A DNA stretch of 36,445 nt, from contig DASXOI010000301.1 in NCBI GenBank assembly GCA_036494375.1, positions 1-36,445 on the forward strand, in the 5' to 3' direction. Source of the stretch: Candidatus Udaeobacter sp. (GTDB lineage: Bacteria; Verrucomicrobiota; Verrucomicrobiia; Chthoniobacterales; UBA10450). The position numbers and the translations under genes were made by a program. Positions within the stretch are counted from its first letter, which is position 1. Each line of letters begins with the position of its first letter. Positions 17,212-25,740 of this stretch are shown here, piece by piece. The notes under the pieces are model-generated. The model did not search any database. It was not told where the DNA came from and saw only the letters and a program-made list of their open reading frames with translations.

Positions 17212-18690
17212 ATGCAGCTCAAGAGCCTTCTCGCTACGACTCCAGTTCGCCAGATCCTCGGGTCAGTTGATCGCCCGGTGGAAAATATCGCGTATGACTC
17301 GCGGCGAGTACAGAGGCACACCATGTTCGTGGCGTTGCGGGGTGAAAAAGCCGATGGGCATCAATTCATCGGTCAGGCCATCGATAAAGGGGCGTCGGTG
17401 ATCGTCGCCGAGAGCGAACAAAAAGATCCACGCGTCACTTGTCTGGTTGTTGAAAATACCCGCACTGCGCTCGCGGATTTTTCGGCAGCTTTTTATGGCC
17501 ACCCGGCTCGCAAGTTAAAACTCGCCGCGGTCACCGGCACAAATGGTAAAACCACGACGACATTTCTCATCAAACACATTTGCGAAAACGCCGGATTACG
17601 TTGCGGATTAATCGGAACTGTTCGGTACGAGATCGGCGAGAGGATTTTGCCCGCCATTCGCACCACGCCTGAATCGCTCGACTTACAAGAGCTACTGGCC
17701 CAGATCGCCAATGCAGGGTGCAAAGCGGCAGCGATGGAAGTCTCTTCGCACGCGCTGGCGCAGGAACGTACGCGCGGTATCGAATGGAACGTCGCCGTCT
17801 TCACGAATTTGACTCAGGACCATCTCGATTTTCACGGCACGATGGAAAACTACTTTGCAGCCAAGGCCAGACTCTTCACTGAACTCGCCGGCCAAAAACA
17901 AAAGACCAAACCGGTGGCGATTGTGAACGTCGACGACCGTTACGGCCAACAACTGCTCGGCAGGATCGATAAAGGCGTGGCTGTGGTTACGTATGGGTTA
18001 GGATCGCGCGCAGATTTTCGCGCTTCCAACTATCGCGCCGAATTCACCGGAACGTCGTACCAACTTGACGCGCACGGTAAGAGTTACCTGGTTCGTCTTC
18101 CGTTGATCGGCCGCTTCAATGTCACGAATTCCATCGCTGCGCTCGCTGCAACGGAAGCGTTGGGAATTAATCTCCGAAGCGCAGTCCTGAGTCTTGCGAA
18201 AGCACCGCAAGTCCCCGGGCGCCTGGAGCTGGTCCCTGCGAAACGCCAATTTCAAGTGTTCGTGGATTACGCACACACACCTGATGCGCTCGCCAACGTT
18301 TTGAAGACTCTGCGCGAACTCCAGCCGAATAAGTTGATAACCGTTTTTGGTTGTGGCGGCGATCGCGACCGGCAAAAGCGGCCCTTAATGGCTGAGATGG
18401 CGGATCGCTTTGCTGATTACTCCATCATCACTTCTGACAATCCGCGCAAGGAAGACCCGAGTGCGATTATCGACGAAACCGAAAAAGGCTTTCGATCGAA
18501 TCATTACGAAAAAATTGTCGATCGCACCGAGGCCATCAATCGCGCCGTTGCGCTCGCCGGGCCACGCGACATTGTGTTGGTCGCAGGCAAAGGGCACGAA
18601 AATTATCAGGAGTTCGCAGACTACACCATCCCATTCGATGACATCCAAGTCGCACGCCGCGCGATCGAAGATCATCCCGTGGAGCTTTGA
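17212..18690 (+). CDS. murE: UDP-N-acetylmuramoyl-L-alanyl-D-glutamate--2,6-diaminopimelate ligase
   Basis: P-loop GTNGKTTTTFL. TSDNPRKEDP carries the DNPR motif of the meso-DAP-adding type. 492 aa. Confidence 0.93.
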   Translation: MQLKSLLATTPVRQILGSVDRPVENIAYDSRRVQRHTMFVALRGEKADGHQFIGQAIDKGASVIVAESEQKDPRVTCLVVENTRTALADFSAAFYGHPARKLKLAAVTGTNGKTTTTFLIKHICENAGLRCGLIGTVRYEIGERILPAIRTTPESLDLQELLAQIANAGCKAAAMEVSSHALAQERTRGIEWNVAVFTNLTQDHLDFHGTMENYFAAKARLFTELAGQKQKTKPVAIVNVDDRYGQQLLGRIDKGVAVVTYGLGSRADFRASNYRAEFTGTSYQLDAHGKSYLVRLPLIGRFNVTNSIAALAATEALGINLRSAVLSLAKAPQVPGRLELVPAKRQFQVFVDYAHTPDALANVLKTLRELQPNKLITVFGCGGDRDRQKRPLMAEMADRFADYSIITSDNPRKEDPSAIIDETEKGFRSNHYEKIVDRTEAINRAVALAGPRDIVLVAGKGHENYQEFADYTIPFDDIQVARRAIEDHPVEL

Positions 18691-18742
18691 ATCTATGGTG
18701 TCGCTGGCAATTTCAACTGTTGCAGCGGGCGATTCTGGTGTT

Positions 18743-18904
18743 CTGGGGAGCGCACGCGCCCCGCGTGCCGTTGCCGGCGCCCTCGCCGGAAACTCTCTGG
18801 CAGGCAACCACTCCATGATGCTCGCACTGCTTTTCCGTGGCTCCGCGCTTACGACCGCGCCGCGAGGGCGCCGCGCAGAGCACGCGAGGCGCGTGCGGTC
18901 CCCA
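18743..18904. repeat. Palindromic REP/MITE-like repeat, family B copy 2
   Basis: Arms are CTGGGGAGCGCACGCGCCCCGCGTGC (18743-18768) and GCACGCGAGGCGCGTGCGGTCCCCA (18880-18904). Inner pairing: GGCGCCCTCG / CGAGGGCGCC. Its left end is near-identical to 5493-5518. It fills most of the murE-murF spacer. Confidence 0.8.
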
Positions 18905-18909
18905 ATCCT

Positions 18910-20304
18910 ATGAATCCGCTGAGGATCTCTCAAATCGCACAGTTGTCCGGAGCGTCATTGTCAGCCGGCGATGGGGCCCTCATAGTCAATAAACTCAGCA
19001 CTGATTCCCGCACGATTAAACCGGGTGAATTGTTCGTCGCCTTGCACGGCGAAAATTTTGAAGGTCATGATTTTGTGGAAGCCAGTGCAAAGGCAGGCGC
19101 TACGGGCGCGCTCATCGACGTCAACTGGTCGGGCAGCGTTCCGAACAATTTTGCACTTCTTCGGGCGACGGACTCGCTGCAAGCCTACCAAATGCTCGCA
19201 GCCAACTACCGGCGGTCGCTCGCGCTGAAAGTCCTCGCGATCACCGGCAGCAATGGCAAGACGAGCACGAAGGATTTTGCCGCGTCGGTGCTCGCGCGAA
19301 AATTTCGGATCACCAAGACCGAAGGGAACTTCAACAATCACGTAGGGTTGCCGCGCACAATTCTGGAGGCGACTTCCGAGGATGAAGTTGCCGTCTGGGA
19401 GATCGGAATGAATCATCCCGGCGAAATCGCTGCGCTCGCGAAGATCGCCGCGCCCGATGCAGCCATCGTCACGAACATCGGCGTGGCACATATCGAATTC
19501 ATGGGTTCCCGCGAAGCAATCGCCATGGAAAAGGGAGCACTGGCCGAAGTGATCGAGCCGCAGGGAACAGTCATTCTGAATGCCGACGATCCATTCACTG
19601 AAGGAATCGCTGCGCGCACGCGCGCAAGAGTTGTGCTCGCAGGAACCACAAGCGGAACCGTGCGCGCGATTGAAATACGCCAGAGTGCCGAGGGCTCAGA
19701 GTTCACAATTGTGGAGGGGGCGCATCGTTGCCGCGCGCAACTTCCCGTTGCGGGTTTGCACATGGTGCAGAATGCATTGCTGGCCGTCGCCGCCGGCCGG
19801 GCATTTGGATTATCCATCGAGGAATGTGCCGCCGGCCTCGCCGCAGCTCCGCTCACGAAAGCGCGCTTGCAAATTAAAGAGGTCGGTGGCGTGCAATTTC
19901 TGGACGACAGCTACAATGCCAACCCCGACTCGATGAAAGCTGCGTTGCGCACGCTGGTCGAGCTCGACGCCGACGGAAAGCGTATTGCGGTATTGGGAGA
20001 AATGCGGGAACTCGGCAGCGAATCGGAATGCGGGCACCGGGAGGTCGGCGAGACCGCAGCGACGCTCGGCGTCGACCAACTGATCACGATCGGCAACGCT
20101 GCGGAACTGATTGCGGAAGGCGCGCGCATCGGCGGTTTGAATAAAGTTTTGTCCGCGCGATCGACCGGCGAAGCTGCCAAGTTGTTAGGTGAAATTGCCG
20201 AGCCGGGAGATCTTGTCCTGATCAAGGGCAGTCGCGCCGCGCGTACGGAGGAAGTAATCGAGCAATTCGGCAGTCAAAATTCTGCAGTCGTGACTTCGCC
20301 ATGA
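18910..20304 (+). CDS. murF: UDP-N-acetylmuramoyl-tripeptide--D-alanyl-D-alanine ligase
   Basis: N-terminus DSRTIKPGELFVALHGENFEGHDF, P-loop GSNGKTSTKDF. 464 aa. Confidence 0.92.
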   Translation: MNPLRISQIAQLSGASLSAGDGALIVNKLSTDSRTIKPGELFVALHGENFEGHDFVEASAKAGATGALIDVNWSGSVPNNFALLRATDSLQAYQMLAANYRRSLALKVLAITGSNGKTSTKDFAASVLARKFRITKTEGNFNNHVGLPRTILEATSEDEVAVWEIGMNHPGEIAALAKIAAPDAAIVTNIGVAHIEFMGSREAIAMEKGALAEVIEPQGTVILNADDPFTEGIAARTRARVVLAGTTSGTVRAIEIRQSAEGSEFTIVEGAHRCRAQLPVAGLHMVQNALLAVAAGRAFGLSIEECAAGLAAAPLTKARLQIKEVGGVQFLDDSYNANPDSMKAALRTLVELDADGKRIAVLGEMRELGSESECGHREVGETAATLGVDQLITIGNAAELIAEGARIGGLNKVLSARSTGEAAKLLGEIAEPGDLVLIKGSRAARTEEVIEQFGSQNSAVVTSP

Positions 20305-21401
20305 TGTACTACCTCCATCACCTGAGTAGCCACTTCATTGGATTCAATGTTTTCCTTTACGTCACGTTCCGGGCCATTGCTGCCGCGGTCACCGCATTTT
20401 TGACCACCCTGATTTTTGGAAATTTCATTATCGCAAAGCTGCGGGCACTGAAAGTCGAACAACCGATTCGAGGAGCGGCGGAGGTCCATCGGCTTGCCGA
20501 ACTCCAAAGCGTGAAGCAAGGCACGCCGACCATGGGCGGAGTGCTGGTGATCGCAGCCGTCGTTGTGGCGAGCATCCTCTGGGCGCGTCTCGACAACAAG
20601 TTCGTGTGGCTGGCGTTATTCAGCATGGTTTACCTCGGCGGGCTCGGATTCGCAGATGATTATCTGAAAGTCACCAAGAAGAAATCCGAAGGGATTCACG
20701 GCCGGGTTAAACTCGCATTCCAAATTCTTCTCGCCGCGATTATCACCTGGATCTTTCTCACCGATCCATTGTTGGAAGTGCAGGCGCGTACGCTCTACGT
20801 GCCTTTCTTTAAGGCGCCGGTAATTGCGAATATGAGCTGGTTCACGTTCGTGTTTTTTGTGCTGGTTATCGTCGGTACATCGAACGCGGTGAATCTCACT
20901 GACGGGCTGGATGGTTTGGCGACCGGTTGCACCATCACCGTGGCATTTGCGTATGCCTTGCTCTGTTACGCGGCTGGCAATTTCCGCGTGGCGGAATATT
21001 TACAGGTCCCGTTTTATCCGTTCGCCGGCGAACTGACCGTCGTCTGCTCAGCGCTTATCGGTGCGGGACTGGGCTTTCTCTGGTTTAATTGTTATCCAGC
21101 GAAAGTTTTCATGGGCGACACCGGCTCGCTGGCCATCGGCGGCATGATTGGTGTAGTGGCTATTTGTTGCAAGCAGGAGCTGCTTCTGGTCGTGGTGGGT
21201 GGCGTTTTCGTGATCGAAGCAGTCTCAGTGATTTTGCAGGTGCTGAGTTTTAAACTCACCGGCAAGCGATTTTTCGTTATGTCTCCGCTTCATCATCACT
21301 TCGAGTTAACCGGCTGGAAAGAAACGACCGTCATAGTTCGCTTCTGGATTCTCTCGATCATTTTCGCCTTGCTCGGACTGGCGACGCTCAAACTGCGATG
21401 A
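20301..21401 (+). CDS. mraY: Phospho-N-acetylmuramoyl-pentapeptide transferase
   Basis: Motifs: NAVNLTDGLDGLA, FMGDTGSLAIGG, PLHHHFE. Polytopic membrane protein of 366 aa. Confidence 0.95.
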   Translation: MMYYLHHLSSHFIGFNVFLYVTFRAIAAAVTAFLTTLIFGNFIIAKLRALKVEQPIRGAAEVHRLAELQSVKQGTPTMGGVLVIAAVVVASILWARLDNKFVWLALFSMVYLGGLGFADDYLKVTKKKSEGIHGRVKLAFQILLAAIITWIFLTDPLLEVQARTLYVPFFKAPVIANMSWFTFVFFVLVIVGTSNAVNLTDGLDGLATGCTITVAFAYALLCYAAGNFRVAEYLQVPFYPFAGELTVVCSALIGAGLGFLWFNCYPAKVFMGDTGSLAIGGMIGVVAICCKQELLLVVVGGVFVIEAVSVILQVLSFKLTGKRFFVMSPLHHHFELTGWKETTVIVRFWILSIIFALLGLATLKLR

Positions 21402-22732
21402 ACAACGGACGCTACAAGAACCAAAACGTAGCCGTGCTTGGAGCAGGGCTAAGTGGAAGCGCCGCAGCGTTGCTGCTGGCGTCGGAGGGAGCACAGGTCA
21501 CAGTGCTCGATAGCGCCGCGGAAAATAATTTACTGAAATCCACGCTGGACAATCTGCGGGCACACGGCGTGCGCGTCGCTTGTGGATCTGAAGCGGACCG
21601 CGACTCATCCATGTACGCCTGGATGGTTCTGAGCCCGGGCATCGATCCAGTTTCTCCCTTGGCGCGCAATTTTTCCTCACGCGGAATTGAAACGATCAGT
21701 GAGCTCGAGTTGGGTTGGCGCTCCTGCGAAATCCCAATCATTGCGGTAACAGGCACGAACGGAAAAACCACGACGACAGAATTGCTGGCGCAAATGCTGA
21801 ATGCCTGCGGTCAGCGAACGATCGCTTGCGGCAACATTGGCAAACCACTTTCAGAGGTCGCGCGTGAAAACCAGCCGTTGGATGTGCTGACGGTCGAAGT
21901 GAGTTCGTTCCAACTGGAAGCAGTCCGTAATTTTCGTCCGTCGATCAGCCTCTGGCTCAACTTCGCTCCCGATCACCTGGATCGTTATCGCTCTGTCGCT
22001 GAATATCGCGCGGCCAAGTTGCGCATTTTCGAGAATCAAACCGAGCAGGACGTTGCGGTCGTAAACGCCGCCGAAGCGCTTCCGAAAATTCGAGCATCCC
22101 GAATTACTTTCAGCGCTTATTCAAACGGCGCTGACTTCCTGTTATCTGACGGCGCAATTGTTTATGAAAATCAGCCCGTCCTGCGCCTGGCTGATACGAA
22201 GCTGCCGGGGCTACATAACATCGAAAACTTGATGGCGACGCTGGCTGTCGGCGTTGCCCGCGGATTGTCGTTCGCCCAGATGCTGCCGGCGATTCGCGAT
22301 TACGAGCCGCGCCCGCATCGGTGCGAATTTGTGCGTCAACTGGACGGCGTCGAATACGTTAACGACTCCAAGGCAACCAACCTGGACGCAGTCGAGAAAG
22401 CCTTGGCCGCACAGATCAAACCGGTGGTCCTCATCGCCGGCGGCAAGGACAAAGGATTCGCGTTCGATCCGCTGCGTTCTCTGGTGAAAAACAAAGTGAA
22501 ATCAGCAGTCCTGATCGGTGAGATGGCTGAGAGCATCAGGCGCTCATGGGACGGCGCGGTGAAATCCGAAATGGCAACTTCACTCGCCGACGCGGTCGAG
22601 CGCGCGCGCAGTATTGCCAGTGCAGGCGACGTTGTCCTGTTCTCTCCCGGCACATCGTCCTTCGACATGTTCAAAAGTTACGCTGATCGCGGCGATCAAT
22701 TTCGCAAACTGGTGCAAACGCTCCCGCAATGA
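21398..22732 (+). CDS. murD: UDP-N-acetylmuramoylalanine--D-glutamate ligase
   Basis: N-terminal Rossmann segment VAVLGAGLSGSAAA, P-loop GTNGKTTTTELL, NDSKATN. 444 aa. Confidence 0.93.
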   Translation: MNNGRYKNQNVAVLGAGLSGSAAALLLASEGAQVTVLDSAAENNLLKSTLDNLRAHGVRVACGSEADRDSSMYAWMVLSPGIDPVSPLARNFSSRGIETISELELGWRSCEIPIIAVTGTNGKTTTTELLAQMLNACGQRTIACGNIGKPLSEVARENQPLDVLTVEVSSFQLEAVRNFRPSISLWLNFAPDHLDRYRSVAEYRAAKLRIFENQTEQDVAVVNAAEALPKIRASRITFSAYSNGADFLLSDGAIVYENQPVLRLADTKLPGLHNIENLMATLAVGVARGLSFAQMLPAIRDYEPRPHRCEFVRQLDGVEYVNDSKATNLDAVEKALAAQIKPVVLIAGGKDKGFAFDPLRSLVKNKVKSAVLIGEMAESIRRSWDGAVKSEMATSLADAVERARSIASAGDVVLFSPGTSSFDMFKSYADRGDQFRKLVQTLPQ

Positions 22733-23484
22733 AACGGATCAAAGTTCCGCGTCTTTTCAAAGCCAGGAAACTAGCGGCAGCCACGGCGCGCCGCGCTTCG
22801 GCTGCATCCGCGGGGATGGACTTCGAAGGCATTCCCGAGCCAAACATGAAGTTGTCGCGGGCGTTACTGATTGTTTTGCTTCTGCACGTAGTTGCCGTGT
22901 CGGGAATCATTGCGTTTAACGCCATCAAGACGCGTGAACGTGCATATGTGCCGCCGACGTCGAGCGAACCGGAAAACAAAACCGCTGACACCACGCAAAC
23001 AGCGAATCACGCGAGTTCCGACAAGGCTCGAGTTGGTGCGACGCAAAACGAAACCGATCGCCAGCATGATCCGAAACCTTCTCATTCACCTGCGAAGAAG
23101 GAACAGGCGAAGACGCCTTCGTCTTCAGGAAAGACTTACGTTGTGAAGAAGGGCGATAATCCAGCCCGAATCGCAAAGAAATTGAAAGTCTCCTACAGCG
23201 ATTTGATCGCCATCAATCACATTGACGACCCACGAAAACTGAAGATCGGGCAAAAGCTTCGAGTCCCTGAAACCGCAAAGCCCAAGACAACAAGCGCTAA
23301 AGCGACGGCTAAAAAGAAAAAGCAAAACGAAATCAGTAGCGAGAAAAGTGATGCGAAAACACATCGCGCTCCCAAAGCGGTTCCAGCAAAATCTACGGAC
23401 ACGCGTGCTTCATTTCGCGCAAGTTTTTGGAGTGCGCAGGCGTCCTCGCGTCGATTTCATGCCGTGACACCCCATGCGTCGTAA
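22729..23484 (+). CDS. Bitopic membrane protein with a C-terminal LysM peptidoglycan-binding domain
   Basis: Basic N-terminus, one TM (LSRALLIVLLLHVVAVSGIIAFNAI), and a low-complexity linker. LysM motif YVVKKGDNPARIAKKLKVSYSDLIAINHIDDPRKLKIGQKLRVP lies at about 23137-23268, followed by a Lys-rich tail. ATGA overlap with the murD stop, and an 11-nt overlap with the ftsW start. Confidence 0.8.
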   Translation: MKRIKVPRLFKARKLAAATARRASAASAGMDFEGIPEPNMKLSRALLIVLLLHVVAVSGIIAFNAIKTRERAYVPPTSSEPENKTADTTQTANHASSDKARVGATQNETDRQHDPKPSHSPAKKEQAKTPSSSGKTYVVKKGDNPARIAKKLKVSYSDLIAINHIDDPRKLKIGQKLRVPETAKPKTTSAKATAKKKKQNEISSEKSDAKTHRAPKAVPAKSTDTRASFRASFWSAQASSRRFHAVTPHAS

Positions 23485-24616
23485 AAGCGCTTACATACTC
23501 TTTTTAGCTGTGCTGGGACTACTCGTTATCGGCATCGTGATGCTCTTCAGCACGAGCGCCTACGCCCACGACAGCCATGGAGATGTTTATTATTTCATTA
23601 AACGGCAGGCGATTTGGATTGGGATCGGACTTGTCGGGTGCATTTTTGCGGCGCTCGTGAATTATCAATTCTGGCAAAAAACGTGGTGGCTTTGGTTCGC
23701 CTTGGCACTTGCCGCTCTGGCGCTTTGTTACGTCCCGCACATCGGAATGCGCATTAACGGGTCCCGCCGGTGGGTCGGCTACGGCCCGATTACCTTTCAG
23801 CCATCGGAAGTGGCAAAAATCGCGACGATCTTTTTTCTGGCCGCCTGGTTTGCGCGAAGTGAAAAACCGGACGGCAAGGCGCTGTCGGGATTCATCATTC
23901 CGCTTGCAATTGTCAGCGTGCCGGCTGCGCTTGTACTGGGCGAAGTCGATCTCGGAACTACAGCCTTAATCGGAACAACGGCATTCGTTGTGATGTTCAT
24001 CGCCGGCACGAATCCTTTATTGCTTGGGGGCCTCGCAGTCACGGGCCTGGGCGGATTACTCGTCATTGCGACGCAAATCTCCGAACGCATGGGGCGGCTC
24101 TCCGCGTTTCTTCATCCGCAAACCTACAAGGACGATGCCGGCTTGCAGCAAATGCAGGCATTGATCGCCTGGGGCAGCGGCGGGATGGACGGCCTTGGGC
24201 TGGGCAATGGTCGGCAGAAGATGTTGTATCTGCCGTACGCACATACCGATTTTATTTTTCCAATCGTCGGCGAAGAACTTGGTCTGCGGTTCAGTCTTCT
24301 GGTGGTTTTTTTGTTCGTTGTGATAATTGTTTGCGGCATCATGATTGCGCTGCACGCTCGTGATCGTTTTGGGCTACTGCTCGGTTGCGGGATTGTTTCG
24401 CTTCTCGCGTTACAGGCAGCGGTTAACATAGGGGTGACGACGTCGCTTCTGCCTAACAAAGGACTGCCGCTGCCGTTTATCAGTTATGGAGGCTCAAACC
24501 TGGCCGCCTGTCTGTTTGGCATTGGGATTTTGGTAAACATTTATCGTCAGGGCATTCTCGAGCCGCCGCCGGCGAAACGCGCCACGATGAATGCAAAATT
24601 AGCGCTGCGAATTTAA
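23474..24616 (+). CDS. ftsW: SEDS-family peptidoglycan glycosyltransferase FtsW
   Basis: 380 aa with about 10 TM spans. Motifs: ITFQPSEVAKI, TDFIFPIVGEELG, LPLPFISYGGSN. Confidence 0.92.
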   Translation: MRRKSAYILFLAVLGLLVIGIVMLFSTSAYAHDSHGDVYYFIKRQAIWIGIGLVGCIFAALVNYQFWQKTWWLWFALALAALALCYVPHIGMRINGSRRWVGYGPITFQPSEVAKIATIFFLAAWFARSEKPDGKALSGFIIPLAIVSVPAALVLGEVDLGTTALIGTTAFVVMFIAGTNPLLLGGLAVTGLGGLLVIATQISERMGRLSAFLHPQTYKDDAGLQQMQALIAWGSGGMDGLGLGNGRQKMLYLPYAHTDFIFPIVGEELGLRFSLLVVFLFVVIIVCGIMIALHARDRFGLLLGCGIVSLLALQAAVNIGVTTSLLPNKGLPLPFISYGGSNLAACLFGIGILVNIYRQGILEPPPAKRATMNAKLALRI

Positions 24617-24642
24617 TCAACGAAATTTCAGATTAGCCCAAT

Positions 24643-25740
24643 ATGAACGCTGTAATCGCATGTGGAGGAACCGGTGGACATCTTTTCCCGGGCATTGCTG
24701 TGGCTGAGGTGCTGCAAAATCGGGGACACGCAGTGATGTTGTTGGTTTCCGAGAAGGACATCGACGCGGTGGCGCTTTCCGGCAGGACGAATTTTCAAGT
24801 CGAAAGATTACCGACTGTAGGATTGCCTTCGCTATTTTCGCCGGCGCTTTTTGGGTTCACTCGCCGGTTTGTTGAAAGTTTGTCACTTTGCCGGTCGATC
24901 TATCGCAAGTTCAATCCGCACGCTGTTCTGGGCATGGGTGGATTCACTTCTACTGCGCCCGTGTTGGCCGGGCGATTCCGCGGCATAGCCACCTTTATTC
25001 ACGAATCGAACGCCGTTCCTGGAAAAGCAAACCGTTGGACCGCGCGTGTGGTGAATGCGGTTATGCTGGGTTTCAAGGAATGCGCGCCGTTTTTTCCGAA
25101 AACACGTACCGAAATCACCGGCACACCGGTTCGCACCGAACTGGTGCGTCTGGACCGCGCAGATTCGCGGCGGAAACTCGGATTGCGAGAGGATCTGCCC
25201 ACACTGCTGGTTATGGGCGGCAGCCAGGGCGCCAGTGGAATTAATCAGGCGCTAATCAAAGCGCTGCCGTTCTTGCAAGGTGTTCCGCTCCAAGTGATCC
25301 ACCTGTCCGGCACGCGGGATGAACGCCTGGTTGCAGACAATTATCGCCGGGAAAATGTCCCTGCTTACATCGGCGCGTTTCATCATCAAATGGAGGAAGT
25401 GTATAGCGCGGCTGATCTTGTCGTTGCGCGAGCGGGCGCGGCCAGCCTCGCGGAGTTCGCCGGCTTTTCGTTGCCCGGGATCGTGATTCCATTTCCGTAC
25501 GCCGCAGATGATCACCAAACGCGCAATGCAGAAATCTACGCTCGCGCTGATGCAGCAATTCTTCTGAAGCAGTCGGATCTCTCTGGTGAATCGCTCGCAC
25601 GCAACATCCGCGAACTGGTGGAAAACCCGCAACGGCTGCAGCAAATGGCGGCGAATTGTGCGCGGCTCGCTCCGAATGATGCAGCTGGTCGCGTGGCTAA
25701 CACGATTGAAAAATACACCGGTCATGAAGCTCACGCCTGA
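24643..25740 (+). CDS. murG: UDP-N-acetylglucosamine--N-acetylmuramyl-(pentapeptide) pyrophosphoryl-undecaprenol GlcNAc transferase
   Basis: N-terminal GGTGGHLFPGIAVAE and the C-terminal domain ..ARAGAASLAEF..DDHQTRNA. 365 aa. Confidence 0.93.
   Translation: MNAVIACGGTGGHLFPGIAVAEVLQNRGHAVMLLVSEKDIDAVALSGRTNFQVERLPTVGLPSLFSPALFGFTRRFVESLSLCRSIYRKFNPHAVLGMGGFTSTAPVLAGRFRGIATFIHESNAVPGKANRWTARVVNAVMLGFKECAPFFPKTRTEITGTPVRTELVRLDRADSRRKLGLREDLPTLLVMGGSQGASGINQALIKALPFLQGVPLQVIHLSGTRDERLVADNYRRENVPAYIGAFHHQMEEVYSAADLVVARAGAASLAEFAGFSLPGIVIPFPYAADDHQTRNAEIYARADAAILLKQSDLSGESLARNIRELVENPQRLQQMAANCARLAPNDAAGRVANTIEKYTGHEAHA

Noticed and set aside
18385-18933. ORFs of 182 aa (-) and 167 aa (+, 18410..18913) spanning the murE-murF spacer.
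   Set aside because: Both overlap the 3' end of murE and read through the family B palindrome. The Ala/Arg-rich translations are typical repeat artefacts.
25586-25723. N-terminal 46-codon extension of the murC-murB ORF, giving the 830-aa call.
   Set aside because: The extension lies wholly inside the murG coding region in another frame and has no MurC-like sequence. ATG 25724 gives a 17-nt overlap with the murG stop, which is typical for this cluster.
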